From Eledone cirrhosa (Eukaryota), in assembly GCA_964016885.1 (NCBI GenBank), contig OZ024740.1, forward strand, positions 15,314,001 to 15,378,000: 64,000 nt of DNA, written 5' to 3'. The position numbers and the translations under genes are program-made. This document shows, one piece after another, positions 38,919 to 52,600 of this stretch (the stretch's first letter is position 1; every line of letters starts with the position of its first letter). The notes below the pieces were generated by a model. The model ran no database searches, was not told the DNA's origin, and was given only the letters and a program-made list of their open reading frames with translations.

Positions 38919-41900
38919 ATGGCTGATATAAGAGTTGGGTGTCTGAATGTACGCGGCTTGGGACTGTCTTGGAAACAAGGCAAACTTTTAAACGATCTCA
39001 GGTCGCATAGAATGGATGTAATGGCTATTTGCGAGTCAAGGATCAGCAGCGAGCACCAACTGGCGCCCCTCTTCGACGACTTTGAGATCTTCGCATCTCT
39101 CTGTCAACCGGGGGGGGTGGGGGTGGAGTTGTCGTTCTGCTGCGAAAACACCTGGGCCTCACCATACAGAAGGTGCACCTGGACCCGGAGGGTCGACTGG
39201 TGGTTTTAGACGTCGGCAGTAGTGAAAGTGGAGCCCTTAGACTAATAGCTGTGTACGCCCCTTTTTGGGCAGCACGGCCGGAATACTTCCAACGTCTGGA
39301 AACTTTTCTGGGAACGTCCCGCTCCTTGCTTTTAGTGGGGGACTGGAATGGTATCCTGGATGCACGTTGGGACTATGTAGGGGCATGTGCCAATAGAGGG
39401 GGGTGTAAAAGCCTCAAAAGGTTAATCGGCCGATTTGACCTGGCCGATAGATATCGACTAGATTTTCCGACTGTACCACTATGGACGTGGACCAATCTTA
39501 GCGGAACATCTAGGTCGTACCTAGATAGGATCCTAGTTAGAGAGAAGGATAGGGACACATTTAGCTGTCCAAAAATGTTCATGGTTGACTATTCGGATCA
39601 CAAGTTAGTGACCTGCATAGCCAACCTTGATAGAACCCATAGACAGGGACCCGGTTACTGGAAGCTGAACTTGTCCTTACCGACAAGCAAAGCTTACAGT
39701 AAACGGATTAGCACGTTAGTTAAGCAGAGTTTGACAGGGGCAATTGTCAACAACAGGTGGTGGAGCTCTCTTAAGAGAGCAATTAGAATAGAATCGATAG
39801 GTTTTAGTCAGGAATTAGCAAGGGATAGGAACAAGACGGAAAGGGAATTAGTAGATAGAGTAGAAGAGGCGATTAGGAGTGGCAATGTAGCGGGCGTGCT
39901 GGCATCAAGAATGGCCTTAGACCAGTTCTTTGAGGTGAAGCATGAAGGCTGCGTTGTCAGAAGTAAAATACGTGCTCTGGGTAATGAGGGAGCCAAAGCT
40001 GTGAGCTGGGCCCGAGTGACAGAGGCAAAAAGTGGGAACAAGTCCACAATTCGGTCTTTGAAGGACCAGGATGGGCGTGTGGTCCTTGAACCTGGGCAGA
40101 TGTGTGCGGCCTTTCAGCGGCACTTTGCACGACTGTTCGAGAGGGGCGGCGCGCCGGGTGAGACTATGGATTTCAATCCATACCTCGACGGCCTGCCGCG
40201 CCTCTCGGACGCAGAGGCGAAGTCCTACGAAAGGACGATTTCAGCTGCTGAGATAGGGGCGGCGCTGAGCCAATGCGGCAAACGAAAATCCCTGGGTCTC
40301 GATGGTCTACCATACGAGCTATATGTAGTGATGCCGGACTTGTTCTCCGATATCCTCGAAGCGGTCTACTGCAACTGGCAGCAGAACGGGAGAATTCCCA
40401 GTTCTGTGACCAAGGGCGTAGTTACGCTGGTGAGGAAGGATGAGAACAAGGGGGATGACATAAGTAACTTCAGGCCCATAACTCTTCTAAATACAGAGTT
40501 AAAGATTTTGGCCAAGGTGTTAGCGAAGAGGTTGGCGCTTGTCGTTGGAAACCTGGTGGGAGAAGCGCAGACATGCGCAATCCCGTCCAGGTCCATTCAC
40601 GACAATCTCCACCTTATGCGATACATCATAGAGAGGGTAGGGAATGAACCCGGCTTTGGTGGGGCCCTGATCAACTTGGATCAATCTAAAGCTTTCGATA
40701 GGGTTGACCATCGTTACCTGGATGCGGTGCTCGCGGCGGCAGGCTTCGGACCCGTTTTCAGGGGTTGGATTGCTGCGATGCACAGCAGCAACGTCTGCTC
40801 AAGGGTCAAGGTGAACGGCCACCTCTCGGAGCCGTTCCAAATCATGCGATCCATCCGACAGGGATGCCCTCTCTCCTCACTTCTGTATGTGCTGGCTCTT
40901 GAGCCACTACTGCGGAAGTTGGAGCGGTTGCAGGGCATCCCTTTGGAACCGGGATTGCAGAAAGCGGCGTCGGCCTACGCCGATGACGTGACAGTAATGG
41001 TGTCGAAAACCTCGCAAATCGGTGAGATCGGCACCTTACTGAAGGAATATGAAAGGTTTACAGGAGCCAAGCTGAACCGGGACAAGTCCGTCGGCTTGCA
41101 ACTCCGAACATGGAGAGGCAAACCGATGCCCTCCAATGACGTCGTCGGACGCTGGACGGAGGGCCCGGTGAAGCTGCTTGGGGTCTGGTTCGGACCAGAC
41201 CTCCAGGTGGAGAAAAACTGGAACGAGGTAATGACCAGGGTGTTTGCACTCACCCAGAAGTGGGCCCAGTGCAAACTATCCCTGAAAGGTCGAGCGGAGG
41301 TGGCGAATACTTATATAGCATCCGTCATCTACTACCGCTTGACCGTCGTGCCTTGCCCAGTGAAAAGACTCGCCAAAATGGAGTGCGCGCTGTTCCAATT
41401 TCTTTGGAACAAGCGGACCCCTTTGGTGAGGAGATCCATCTGCTGTCAACACCCTTCGAAAGGAGGGCTGGGGATGCCGTGTCTACAGATGCGTAAACAC
41501 GCATTAAGGCTACGGCACCTCCAGGTATTCCTCACCGGTCAACCGGTGTGGGCCCCGTTTGTGAGGCGAGCCTTTCCCAGACTCGTCTCGCTCACCGAGC
41601 TGCAATCCTGGGTCAAGCAAAGACCGAGAAAAGTAGGCGACTGGCACATTGAATGTGCCCAGGCACTCACGGCCCTCTGGAAAGCGGACCCGGCAATCAG
41701 TGGAGACTCCACCTCGACATTCTATAGAGGGTTGGTACGCAGCAGGTGCGACGATGCTCTCGGAGAAGCTCTAGGCATGGAGGAAGATGAACTGGCCAGT
41801 CTGTTCGGTAGGACGTTTGGCCCTGGACCGATGGACAACTTCCAAAAGTCTCTGGCTTGGCAGTGCTACTGAGGGGCTCTACCCGTTCGAGACAAGCTCC

Positions 41901-42358
41901 ACAGGCATGGGAGCCTGGGTAGGGATCCTTTGAATAAGATCTGTCCGAGATGCGTGCATGACGACGAAACCGTTGCGCACGCATTCGTACACTGCCCAGG
42001 CATTGCTGATCTGTGGGGCTATGTGGAACGACTACTGTCGAGGGTGGGACCAATGCGGTTGACCACCGAGTCCATTGTCACGATCAAACCGCCTCCCCCT
42101 TTCAAAAACGAAGGAGAGGCGGTTTTTCTCTGTGTGATAGCCATGGCTAAAGAAGTTGTATGGTGGACGAGGTTGAAAGAGCTGAGGTCAGACACCTTTC
42201 TCTCCGGCCAACAACTGGTCCCCTTTTTCAAATACCATTTTAAAAGAAGGATCAGAATGGAGAGAGAGGTGCTCTACCCCAGCAAGTTTTATGAAAGGTG
42301 GGTGAAAGTAGGGAGAATGGCCAGAGTGAATGGGTCTTCTCTCTATATCAGCCTGTAG
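38919..42358 (+). pseudogene. LINE ORF2: AP endonuclease + reverse transcriptase + C-terminal CCHC
   Basis: Motifs LNVRGL, CES, VYAP, GDWN, SYLDR, SDH, GLDGLP.E.Y, NFRPITLLN, DQSKAFDRV, RQGCPLS, YADD (40976-40987) and CPRC..ETVAH...C. There is a frameshift in the G-run at ~39109-39124 and an in-frame TGA at 41870-41872. Confidence 0.95.
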
Positions 42359-42595
42359 GTGCAAGAAGAGTAAAAAGAGGAGACGAGGGAAGCACCTACT
42401 CTTTGTGCTCCTGAGGAGAAGGGTTGCACATTTTTTCGGGGGTGTGTGCGACCCATGTTAATGCGCCATCCCTATTGAGGACTTCGTTTGTTGTTGTTAT
42501 TTCATTGTTATATTTTTGTACTCGTTAATTATATGTAAACTTCCCCCCTTGTATCTGTCCCTACCTTTTGTTCCCTAGTGGCAAATTAAGAAACC

Positions 42596-42804
42596 ACTCT
42601 ATATATACTATTGTATTTTCACAGTAAAGGCTTTACCTCACATAATATCTCACATACCATATACATTACTCTATATGTTCTATTGTATTGTCACAGTAAA
42701 GGTTTTACCTCACATAATATCTCACATAACATTTACATAACTCTCTATATACTATTGTATTTACATGGTAAAGGCTTTGCCTCACATAATATCTCACATA
42801 ATAT
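42596..42804. repeat. 72-bp tandem repeat, right arm (~3 copies)
   Basis: Same monomer as 36505-36942. Confidence 0.95.
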
Positions 42805-43282
42805 CGAATCTATGAGACTTTGATATTATTTATTTTGAGAACAATACCTTATTACCAGTATGAGTGGCTGGTTACAGCTGGTTTAAATAGAAAGCCGTGA
42901 GAGAATTCTGGCCGGATTTGGCCGGTTTAAATGCTAAAGGGTTAAACAAGTCATTGCATTGACATTGTCATTAGTTCACTCCAAACTAATTTAAACATTT
43001 AGATATATGCAGACCTGCTAACTGAAGAGGACGGAGAGAATGGGGTGATTTGACATAATGAAAACTATTCCCATTTTCACCAGAGAAGACACCTCATACC
43101 CACTGCAATGGCTATAGCAGATCTCCTCGTCGAACGGAGAGAGTTGACAGGATTATATATGCAAAATAGTTGAGAACATTCTTAAACACGGGTAATTTGC
43201 ATAATTAAAACGTAAAGAAACTAAGAGAAAACAACTGAAAAGAGTCAGTTGTGTACTGAATGTCGTTCACTATTATCTTAAA

Positions 43283-43540
43283 CAATGGTTTCTGATTTAG
43301 GCACAAGGTCAGCAAATACCCAGTGCATTACTGGTACTTTATTTTATCGACCCCGTAAGGATGAAAGGCAAAGTTGATGTCGGCGGGATTTGAACTCAGA
43401 ATGGAAAGGGCTGTAACTCTATGCGTCAAAGCATGGTGTCCGACCCTCTACGGATAATACTGCCAATTCAATAATGGTTTCTAATTTAGGCACAAGCACA
43501 ACAATTGGGAGGGGGGGGGGGTCGAATAAATCGATCATCA
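43283..43540 (-). mobile_element. MetaSINE-like SINE plus adjacent 3' fragment
   Basis: Core plus GGATTTGAACTC (reverse-complemented B box). The 3' end is repeated at ~43472-43540. Confidence 0.8.
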
Positions 43541-43619
43541 TATCCTTTATTTTCTTTGTATTTCATCTTTCCAGAGTTAATAAAATAAGAAATATTAGAA
43601 TTGCCTTTGCCATTTTGTC

Positions 43620-46600
43620 GGCGGTACACATCTGAAACACATTTCTGACCTAGGTATACAGTCTGCCACCTAGCGGTACAAAGCTGAAACACAGCTCTGA
43701 CCTAGGTGTAGAGTCTATGACCTAGCGGTACACAGCCAAAACACAGGTCTGACCTAGGTATAGAGTCTGTCACCTAGCGGTACAAAACCAAAACACAGCT
43801 CTGACCTAGGTGTAGAGTCTGTCACCTAGCGGTACACAACCAAAACACAGGTCTGACCTAGGTATAGAGTCTGTCACCTAGCGGTACACAACCGAAACAC
43901 AGCTCTGACCTAGGTGTAGAGTCTGTCACCTAGCGGTACACAACCAAAACACGGCTCTGACCTAGGTATAGAGACTGTCACCTAGCGGTACACAGCTGAA
44001 ACACAGCTCTGACCTAGGTGTAGAGTCTATGACCTACCGGTACACAGCCAAAACACAGCTCTGACCTAGGTATAGAGTCTATCACCTAGCGGTACACAAC
44101 CAAAACGCAGCTCTGACATAGGTGTACAGTCTGTCAGCTTCTGTGGGACACAACCAAAACACAGCTCTGACCTAGGTGTACAGTCTGTCACCTAGCGGTA
44201 CACAGCCGAAACACAGCTCTGACCTAGGTATAGAGTCTATCACCTAGCGGTACACAACCAAGACGCAGCTCTGACCTAGGTGTACAGTCTGTCACCTAGC
44301 GGTACACAGCCAAAACACAGCTCTGACTTAGGTGTAGAGTCTGTCACCTAGCGGTACACAGCCGAAACACAGCTCTGACCTAGGTATAGAGTATGTCACC
44401 TAGCGGTACACAGCCAAAACACAGCTCTGACTTAGGTGTAGAGTCTGTCACCTAGCGGTACACAGCCGAAACACAGCTCTGACCTAGGTATAGAGTCTGT
44501 CACCTAGCGGTACACAGTCAAAACAGAGCTCTGACTTAGGTGTACAGTCTGTCACCTAGCGGTACACAGCCAAAACACAGCTCTGACCTAGGTATAGAGA
44601 CTGTCACCTAGCGGTACACAGCCAAAACACAGCTCTGACCTAGGTATAGAGTCTGTCACCTAGCGGTACACAGTCGAAACACAGCTCTGACCTAGGTGTA
44701 GAGTCTGTCACCTAACGGTACACAGTTGAAACACAGCTCTGACTTAGGTGTTGAGCCTGTCACCTAGCGGTACACAGCTGAAACACAGCTCTGACTCAGG
44801 TGTACAGTCTGTCACCTAGCGGTACACAACCAAAACACAGCTCTGACCAAGGTATAGAGTCTGTCACTTAGCGGTACACAGCTAAAACACAGCTCTGACT
44901 AAGGTATACAGTCTGTCACCTAGCGGTACACAACCAAAACACAGCTCTGACCTAGGTATAGAGTCTGTCACCTAGCGGTACACAGCCAAAACACAGCTCT
45001 GACCTAGGTGTACAGTCTGTCACCTAGCGGTACACAGCTGAAACACAGCTCTGACCTAGGTATAGAGTCTGTCACCTAGCGGTACACAACCAAAACACAG
45101 CTCTGACATAGGTGTACAGTCTGTCACCTAGCGGTACACAGCCGAAACACAGCTCTGACCTAGGTGTAGAGTCTGTCACCTAGCGGTACACAGCCAAAAC
45201 ACAGCTCTGCCCTAGGTGCACAGTCTGTCACCTAGCGGTACACAGCCGAAACAAAGCTTTGACCTAGGTATAGAGTTTGTCACCTAGCGGTACACAGCCG
45301 AAACACAGCTCTGACTTAGGTGTACAGTCTGTCACCTAGCGGTACACAACCGAAACACAGCTCCGGCCTAGGTATAGAGTCTGTCACCTAGCGGTACAAA
45401 GCTGAAACACAGCTCTGACCTACGTGTAGAGTCTGTCACCTAGCGGTACACAGCCAAAACACAGCTCTGACCTAGGTGTACAGTCTGTCACCTAGCGGTA
45501 CACAGTTGAAACACAGCTCTGACTTAGGTGTAGAGCCTGTCACCTAGCGGTACACAGCTGAAACACAGCTCTGACCTAGGTGTACAGTCTGTCACCTAGC
45601 GGTACACAGCCGAAACACAGCTCTGACCTAGGTATAGAGTATGTCACCTAGCGGTACACAGCCAAAATACAGCTCTGACTTAGGTGTAGAGTCTGTCACC
45701 TAGCGGTACACAGACGAAACACAGCTCTGACCTAGGTATAGAGTCTATCACCTAGCGGTACACAACCAAAACGCAGCTCTGACCTAGGTGTACAGTCTGT
45801 CACCTAGCGGTAGACAGCCAAAACACAGCTCTGACTTAGGTGTAGAGTCTGTCACCTAGCGGTACACAGCCGAAACACAGCTCTGACCTAGGTATAGAGT
45901 ATGTCACCTAGCGGTACACAGCCAAAACACAGCTCTGACTTAGGTGTAGAGTCTGTCACCTAGCGGTACACAGCCGAAACACAGCTCTGACCTAGGTATA
46001 GAGTCTGTCACCTAGCGGTACACAGCCGAAACAAAGCTCTGACCTAGGTATAGAGTCTGTCACCTAGCGGTACACAACCAAAACACAGCTCTGACCTAGG
46101 TGTACAGTCTGTCACCTAGCGGTACACAACCGAAACACAGCTCTGGCCTAGGTATAGAGTATGTCACCTAGCGGTACAAAGCTAAAACACAACTCTGACC
46201 TGGGTATAGAGTCTGTCACCTAGCGGTACACAGCCGAAACACAACTCTGACCTAGGTATAGAGTCTGTCACCTAGCGGTACACAGCCAAAACACAGCTCT
46301 GACCTAGGTATAGAGTCTGTCACCTAGCGGTACACAACCAAAACACAGCTCTGACTTAGGTGTAGAGTCTGTCACCTAGCGGTACACAGCTGAAACACAG
46401 CTCTGACCTAGGTATAGAGTCTGTCACCTAGCGGTACACAGTCAAAACAGAGCTCTGACTTAGGTGTAGAGTCTGTCACCTAGCGGTACACAGCCAAAAC
46501 ACAGCTCTGACCTAGGTATAGAGACTGTCACCTAGCGGTACACAGCCAAATCACAGCTCTGACCTAGGTATAGAGTCTGTCACCTAGCGGTACACAGTCG

Positions 46601-49600
46601 AAACACAGCTCTGACCTAGGTGTAGAGTCTGTCACCTAACGGTACACAGTTGAAACACAGCTCTGACTTAGGTGTTGAGCCTGTCACCTAGCGGTACACA
46701 GCTGAAACACAGCTCTGACTCAGGTGTACAGTCTGTCATCTAGCGGTACACAACCAAAACACAGCTCTGACCAAGGTATAGAGTCTGTCACTTAGCGGTA
46801 CACAGCCAAAACACAGCTCTGACTAAGGTATACAGTCTGTCACCTAGCGGTACACAACCAAAACACAGCTCTGACATAGGTGTACAGTCTGTCACCTAGC
46901 GGTACACAGCCGAAACACAGCTCTGACCTAGGTATAGAGTCTGTCACCTAGCGGTACACAGCCAAAACACAGCTCTGACCTAGGTGTACAGTCTGTCACC
47001 TAGCGGTACACAGCTGAAACACAGCTCTGACCTAGGTATAGAGTCTGTCACCTAGCGGTACACAGCCAAAACACAGCTCTGCCCTAGGTGCACAGTCTGT
47101 CACCTAGCGGTACACAGCCGAAACAAAGCTTTGACCTAGGTATAGAGTTTGTCACCTAGCGGTACACAGCCGAAACACAGCTCTGACTTAGGTGTACAGT
47201 CTGTCACCTAGCGGTACACAACCGAAACACAGCTCCGGCCTAGGTATAGAGTCTGTCACCTAGCGGTAGAAAGCTGAAACACAGCTCTGGCCTACGTGTA
47301 GAGTCTGTCACCTAGCGGTACATAGCCAAAACACAGCTCTGACCTAGGTGTATAGTATATCACCTAGCGGTACACAAACAAGGCACAGCTCTGACCTAGG
47401 TATAGCGTCTGTCACCTAGCGGTACACAGCCGAAACACAGCTCTGACCTAGGTATAGAGTATGTCACCTAGCGGTACACAGCTGAAACACAGCTCTGACC
47501 TAGGTGTACAGTGTGTCACCTAGCGGTACACAGCCGAAACACAGCTCTGACCTAGGTATAGAGTATGTCACCTAGCGGTACACAGCCAAAACACAGCTCT
47601 GACCTAGGTATAGAGACTATCACCTAGCGGTACACAGCCAAAACACAGCTCTGACCTAGGTATAGAGTCTGTCACCTAGCGGTACACAGTCGAAACACAG
47701 CTCTGACCTAGGTGTACAGTCTGTCACCTTACGGTACACAGTTGAAACACAGCTCTGACTTAGGTGTTGAGCCTGTCACCTAGCGGTACACAGCTGAAAC
47801 ACAGCTCTGACCTAGGTGTACAGTCTGTCACCTAGCGGTACACAACCAAAACACAGCTCTGACCAAGGTATAGAGTCTGTCACTTAGCGGTACACAGCCA
47901 AAACACAGCTCTGACTAAGGTATACAGTCTGTCACCTAGCGGTACACAACCAAAACACAGCTCTGACATAGGTGTACAGTCTGTCACCTAGCGGTACACA
48001 GCCGAAACACAGCTCTGACCTAGGTATAGAGTATGTCACCTAGCGGTACACAGCCAAAACACAGCTCTGACCTAGGTATAGAGACTGTCACCTAGCGGTA
48101 CGCAGACAAAACACAGCTCTGACCTAGGTATAGAGTCTGTCACCTAGCGGTACACAGTCGAAACACAGCTCTGACCTAGGTGTACAGTCTGTCACCTAAC
48201 GGTACACAGTTGAAACACAGCTCTGACTTAGGTGTTGAGCCTGTCACCTAGCGGTACACAGCTGAAACACAGCTCTGACCTAGGTGTACAGTCTGTCACC
48301 TAGCGGTACACAACCAAAACACAGCTCTGACCAAGGTATAGAGTCTGTCACTTAGCGGTACACAGCCAAAACACAGCTCTGACTAAGGTATACAGTCTGT
48401 CACCTAGCGGTACACAACCAAAACACAGCTCTGACATAGGTGTACAGTCTGTCACCTAGCGGTACACAGCCGAAAAACAGCTCTGACCTAGGTATAGAGT
48501 CTATCACCTAGCGGTACACAGCCAAAACATAGCTCTGACCTAGGTGTACAGTCTGTCATCTAGCGGTACACAGCCGACCACACAGTTCTGACCTAGGTAT
48601 AGAGTCTGTCACCTAGCGGTACACAGCCAAAACACAGCTCTGCCCTAGGTGTACAGTCTGTCACCTAGCGGTACACAGCCGAAACAAAGCTTTGACCTAG
48701 GTATAGAGTTTATCACCTAGCGGTACACAGCCGAAACACAGCTCTGACTTAGGTGTACAGTCTGTCACCTAGCGGTACACAACCGAAACACAGCTCCGGC
48801 CTAGGTATAGAGTCTGTCACCTAGCGGTACAAAGCTGAAACACAGCTCTGACCTACGTGTAGAGTCTGTCACCTAGCGGTACACAGCTAAAACACAGCTC
48901 TGACCTAGGTGTATAGTCTATCACCTAGCGGTACACAAACAAGACACCGCTCTGACCTAGGTGTACAGTCTGTCACCTAGCGGTACACAGTTGAAACACA
49001 GCTCTGACTTAGGTGTAGAGCCTGTCACCTAGCGGTACACATCTGAAACACAGCTCTGACCTAGGTGTACAGTCTGTCACCTAGCGGTAAACAGCCGAAT
49101 CACAGCTCTGACCTAGGTATAGAGTATGTCACCTAGCGGTACACAGCCAAAATACAGCTCTGACTTAGGTGTAGAGTCTGTCACCTAGCGGTACTCAGCC
49201 GAAACACAGCTCTGACCTAGGTATACCGTCTGTCACCTAGCGGTACACAGCCGAAACAAAGCTCAGACCTAGGTGTACAGTCTGTCACCTAGCGGTACAC
49301 AACCAAAGCACAGCTCTGACCTAGGTGTACAGTCTGTCACCTAGCGGTACACAGCCAAAACACAGCTCTTACCTAGGTATAGAGTCTGTCACCTAGCGGT
49401 ACACAGCCGAAACACAGCTCTGACCTAGGTATAGAGTCTGTCACCTAGCGGTACACAGTTGAAACACAGCTCTGACTTAGGTGTAGAGCCTGTCACCTAG
49501 CGGTACACAGCTGAAACACAGCTCTGACCTAGGTGTACAGTCTGTCACCTAGCGGTACACAGCCGAAACACAGCTCTGACCTAGGTATAGAGTATGTCAC

Positions 49601-52600
49601 CTTGCGGTACACAGCCAAAATACAGCTCTGACCTAGGTGCACAGTCTGTCACCTAGCGGTACACAGCTGAAAAACAGCTCTGACCTAGGTGCACAGTCTG
49701 TCACCTAGCGGTACACAGCTGAAAAACAGCTCTGACCTAGGTGTAGAGTCTGTCACATAGCGGTACACAGCCAAAACACAGCTCTGACTCAGGTGTAGAG
49801 TCTGTCACCTAGCGGTACACAGCCGAAACACAGCACTGACCTAGGTATAGAGTCTGTCAACTAGCGGTACACAGCCAAAACACAGCTGTGACCTAGGCAT
49901 AGAGTCTGTCACCTAGCGGTACACAGCCAAAACACAACTCTGACCTAGGTGTAGAGTCTATCACCTAGCGGTACACAGCCAAAACACAGCGCTGACTTAG
50001 GTATAGAGTATGTCACCTAGCGGTACACAGCCGAAACAAAGCTCAGACCTAGGTGTACAGTCTGTCACCTAGCGGTACACAACCAAAGCACAGCTCTGAC
50101 CTAGGTGTACAGTCTGTCACCTAGCGGTACACAGCCGAAACACAGCTCTGACCTAGGTATAGAGTATGTCACCTAGCGGTACACAGCTGAAACACAGCTC
50201 TGACCTAGGTGTACAGTCTGTCACCTAGCGGTACACAGCCGAAACACAGCTCTGACCTAGGTATAGAGACTGTCACCTAGCGGTACACAGCCAAAACACA
50301 GCTCTGACCTAGGTATAGAGTCTGTCACCTAGCGGTACACAGTCGAAACACAGCTCTGACCTAGGTGTACAGTCTGTCACCTAACGGTACACAGTTGAAA
50401 CACAGCTCTGACTTAGGTGTTGAGCCTGTCACCTAGCGGTACACAGCTGAACCACAGCTCTGACCTAGGTGTACAGTCTGTCACCTAGCGGTACACAACC
50501 AAAACACAGCTCTGACCAAGGTATAGAGTCTGTCACTTAGCGGTACACAGCCAAAACACAGCTCTGACTAAGGTATACAGTCTGTCACCTAGCGGTACAC
50601 AACCAAAACACAGCTCTGACATAGGTGTACAGTCTGTCACCTAGCGGTACACAGCCGAAACACAGCTCTGACCTAGGTATAGAGTCTGTCACCTAGCGGT
50701 ACACAGCCAAAACACAGCTCTGACCTAGGTGTACAGTCTGTCACCTAGCGGTACACAGCTAAAACACAGCTCTGACCTAGGTATAGAGTCTGTCACCTAG
50801 CGGTACACAGCCAAAACACAGCTCTGCCCTAGGTGTACAGTCTGTCACCTAGCGGTACACAGCCGAAACAAAGCTTTGACCTAGGTATAGAGTTTGTCAC
50901 CTAGCGGTACACAGCCGAAACACAGCTCTGACTTAGGTGTACAGTCTGTCACCTAGCGGTACACAACCGAAACACAGCTCCGGCCTAGGTATAGAGTCTG
51001 TCACCTAGCGGTACAAAGCTGAAACACAGCTCTGACCTACGTGTAGAGTCTGTCACCGAGCGGTACACAGCCAAAACACAGCTCTGACCTAGGTGTATAG
51101 TCTATCACCTAGCGGTACACAAACAAGACACCGCTCTGACCTAGGTGTACAGTCTGTCACCTAGCGGTACACAGTTGAAACACAGCTCTGACTTAGGTGT
51201 AGAGCCTGTCACCTAGCGGTACACAGCTGAAACACTGCTCTGACCTAGGTGTACAGTCTGTCACCTAGCGGTACACAGCCGAAACACAGCTCTGACCTAG
51301 GTATAGAGTATGTCACCTAGCGGTACACAGCCAAAATACAGCTCTGACTTAGGTGTAGAGTCTGTCACCTAGCGGTACACAGTCGAAACACAATTCTGAC
51401 CTAGGTATAGAGTCTGTCACCTAGCGGTACACAGACGAAACACAGCTCTAACCTAGGTATAGAGTCTATCACCTAGCGGTACACAACCAAAACGCAGCTC
51501 TGACCTAGGTGTACAGTCTGTCACCTAGCGGTACACAGCCAAAACACAGCTCTGACTTAGGTGTAGAGTCTGTCACCTAGCGGTACACAGCCGAAACACA
51601 GCTCTGACCTAGGTATAGAGTATGTCACCTAGCGGTACACAGCCAAAACACAGCTCTGACTTAGGTGTAGAGTCTGTCACCTAGCGGTACACAGCCGAAA
51701 CACAGCTCTGACCTAGGTATAGAGTCTGTCACCTAGCGGTACACAGCCGAAACAAAGCTCTGACCTAGGTATAGAGTCTGTCACCTAGCGGTACACAACC
51801 GAAACACAGCTCTGACCTAGGTGTACAGTCTGTCACCTAGCGGTACACAACCGAAACACAGCTCTGGCCTAGGTATAGAGTATGTCACCTAGCGGTACAA
51901 AGCTAAAACACAGCTCTGACCTAGGTATAGAGTCTGTCACCTAGCGGTACACAGCCAAAACACAGCTCTGACCTAGGTATAGAGTCTGTCACCTAGCGGT
52001 ACACAACCAAAACACAGCTCTGACTTAGGTGTAGAGTCTGTCACCTAGCGGTACACAGCTGAAACACAGCTCTGACCTAGGTATAGAGTCTGTCACCTAG
52101 CGGTACACAGTCAAAACAGAGCTTTGACTTAGGTGTAGAGTCTGTCACCTAGCGGTACACAACTAAAACACAGCTCTGACTTAGGTGTAGAGTCTGTCAC
52201 CTAGCGGTACACAGCTGAAACACAGCTCTGACCTAGGTATAGAGTCTGTCACCTAGCGGTACACAGTCAAAACAGAGCTCTGACCTAGGTGTAGAGTCTG
52301 TCACCTAGCGGTACACAACCAAAACACAGCTCTGACCTAGGTGTAGAGTCTGTCACCTAACGGTACACAGTTGACACACAGCTCTGACTTAGGTGTTGAG
52401 CCTGTCACCTAGCGGTACACAGCTGAAACACAGCTCTGACTCAGGTGTACAGTCTGTCATCTAGCGGTACACAACCAAAACACAGCTCTGACATAGGTGT
52501 ACAGTCTGTCACCTAGCGGTACACAGCCGAAACACAGCTCTGACCTAGGTATAGAGTCTGTCACCTAGCGGTACACAGCCAAAACACAGCTCTGACCTAG

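Larger units (their letters stand above)
36943..42595 (+). mobile_element. Near full-length L1/Tx1-clade non-LTR retrotransposon (~5.65 kb), inactivated
   Basis: Comprises a 5'UTR, ORF1 with zinc knuckle, ORF2 APE-RT-CCHC and a short 3'UTR. It interrupts the 72-bp array. Confidence 0.93.
36500..42941. mobile_element. Non-autonomous TTAA-flanked DNA transposon (piggyBac-like termini) with internal 72-bp array, carrying a nested LINE
   Basis: TTAA|CCCTTTAACATTTA at 36496-36513 and TAAATGCTAAAGGG|TTAA at 42928-42945, giving a 14-bp TIR with one mismatch. Confidence 0.7.

Noticed and set aside
41870-41872. Programmed readthrough or selenocysteine at the ORF2 TGA
   Set aside because: Most simply a CpG transition (CGA>TGA) in an element that also carries frameshifts.
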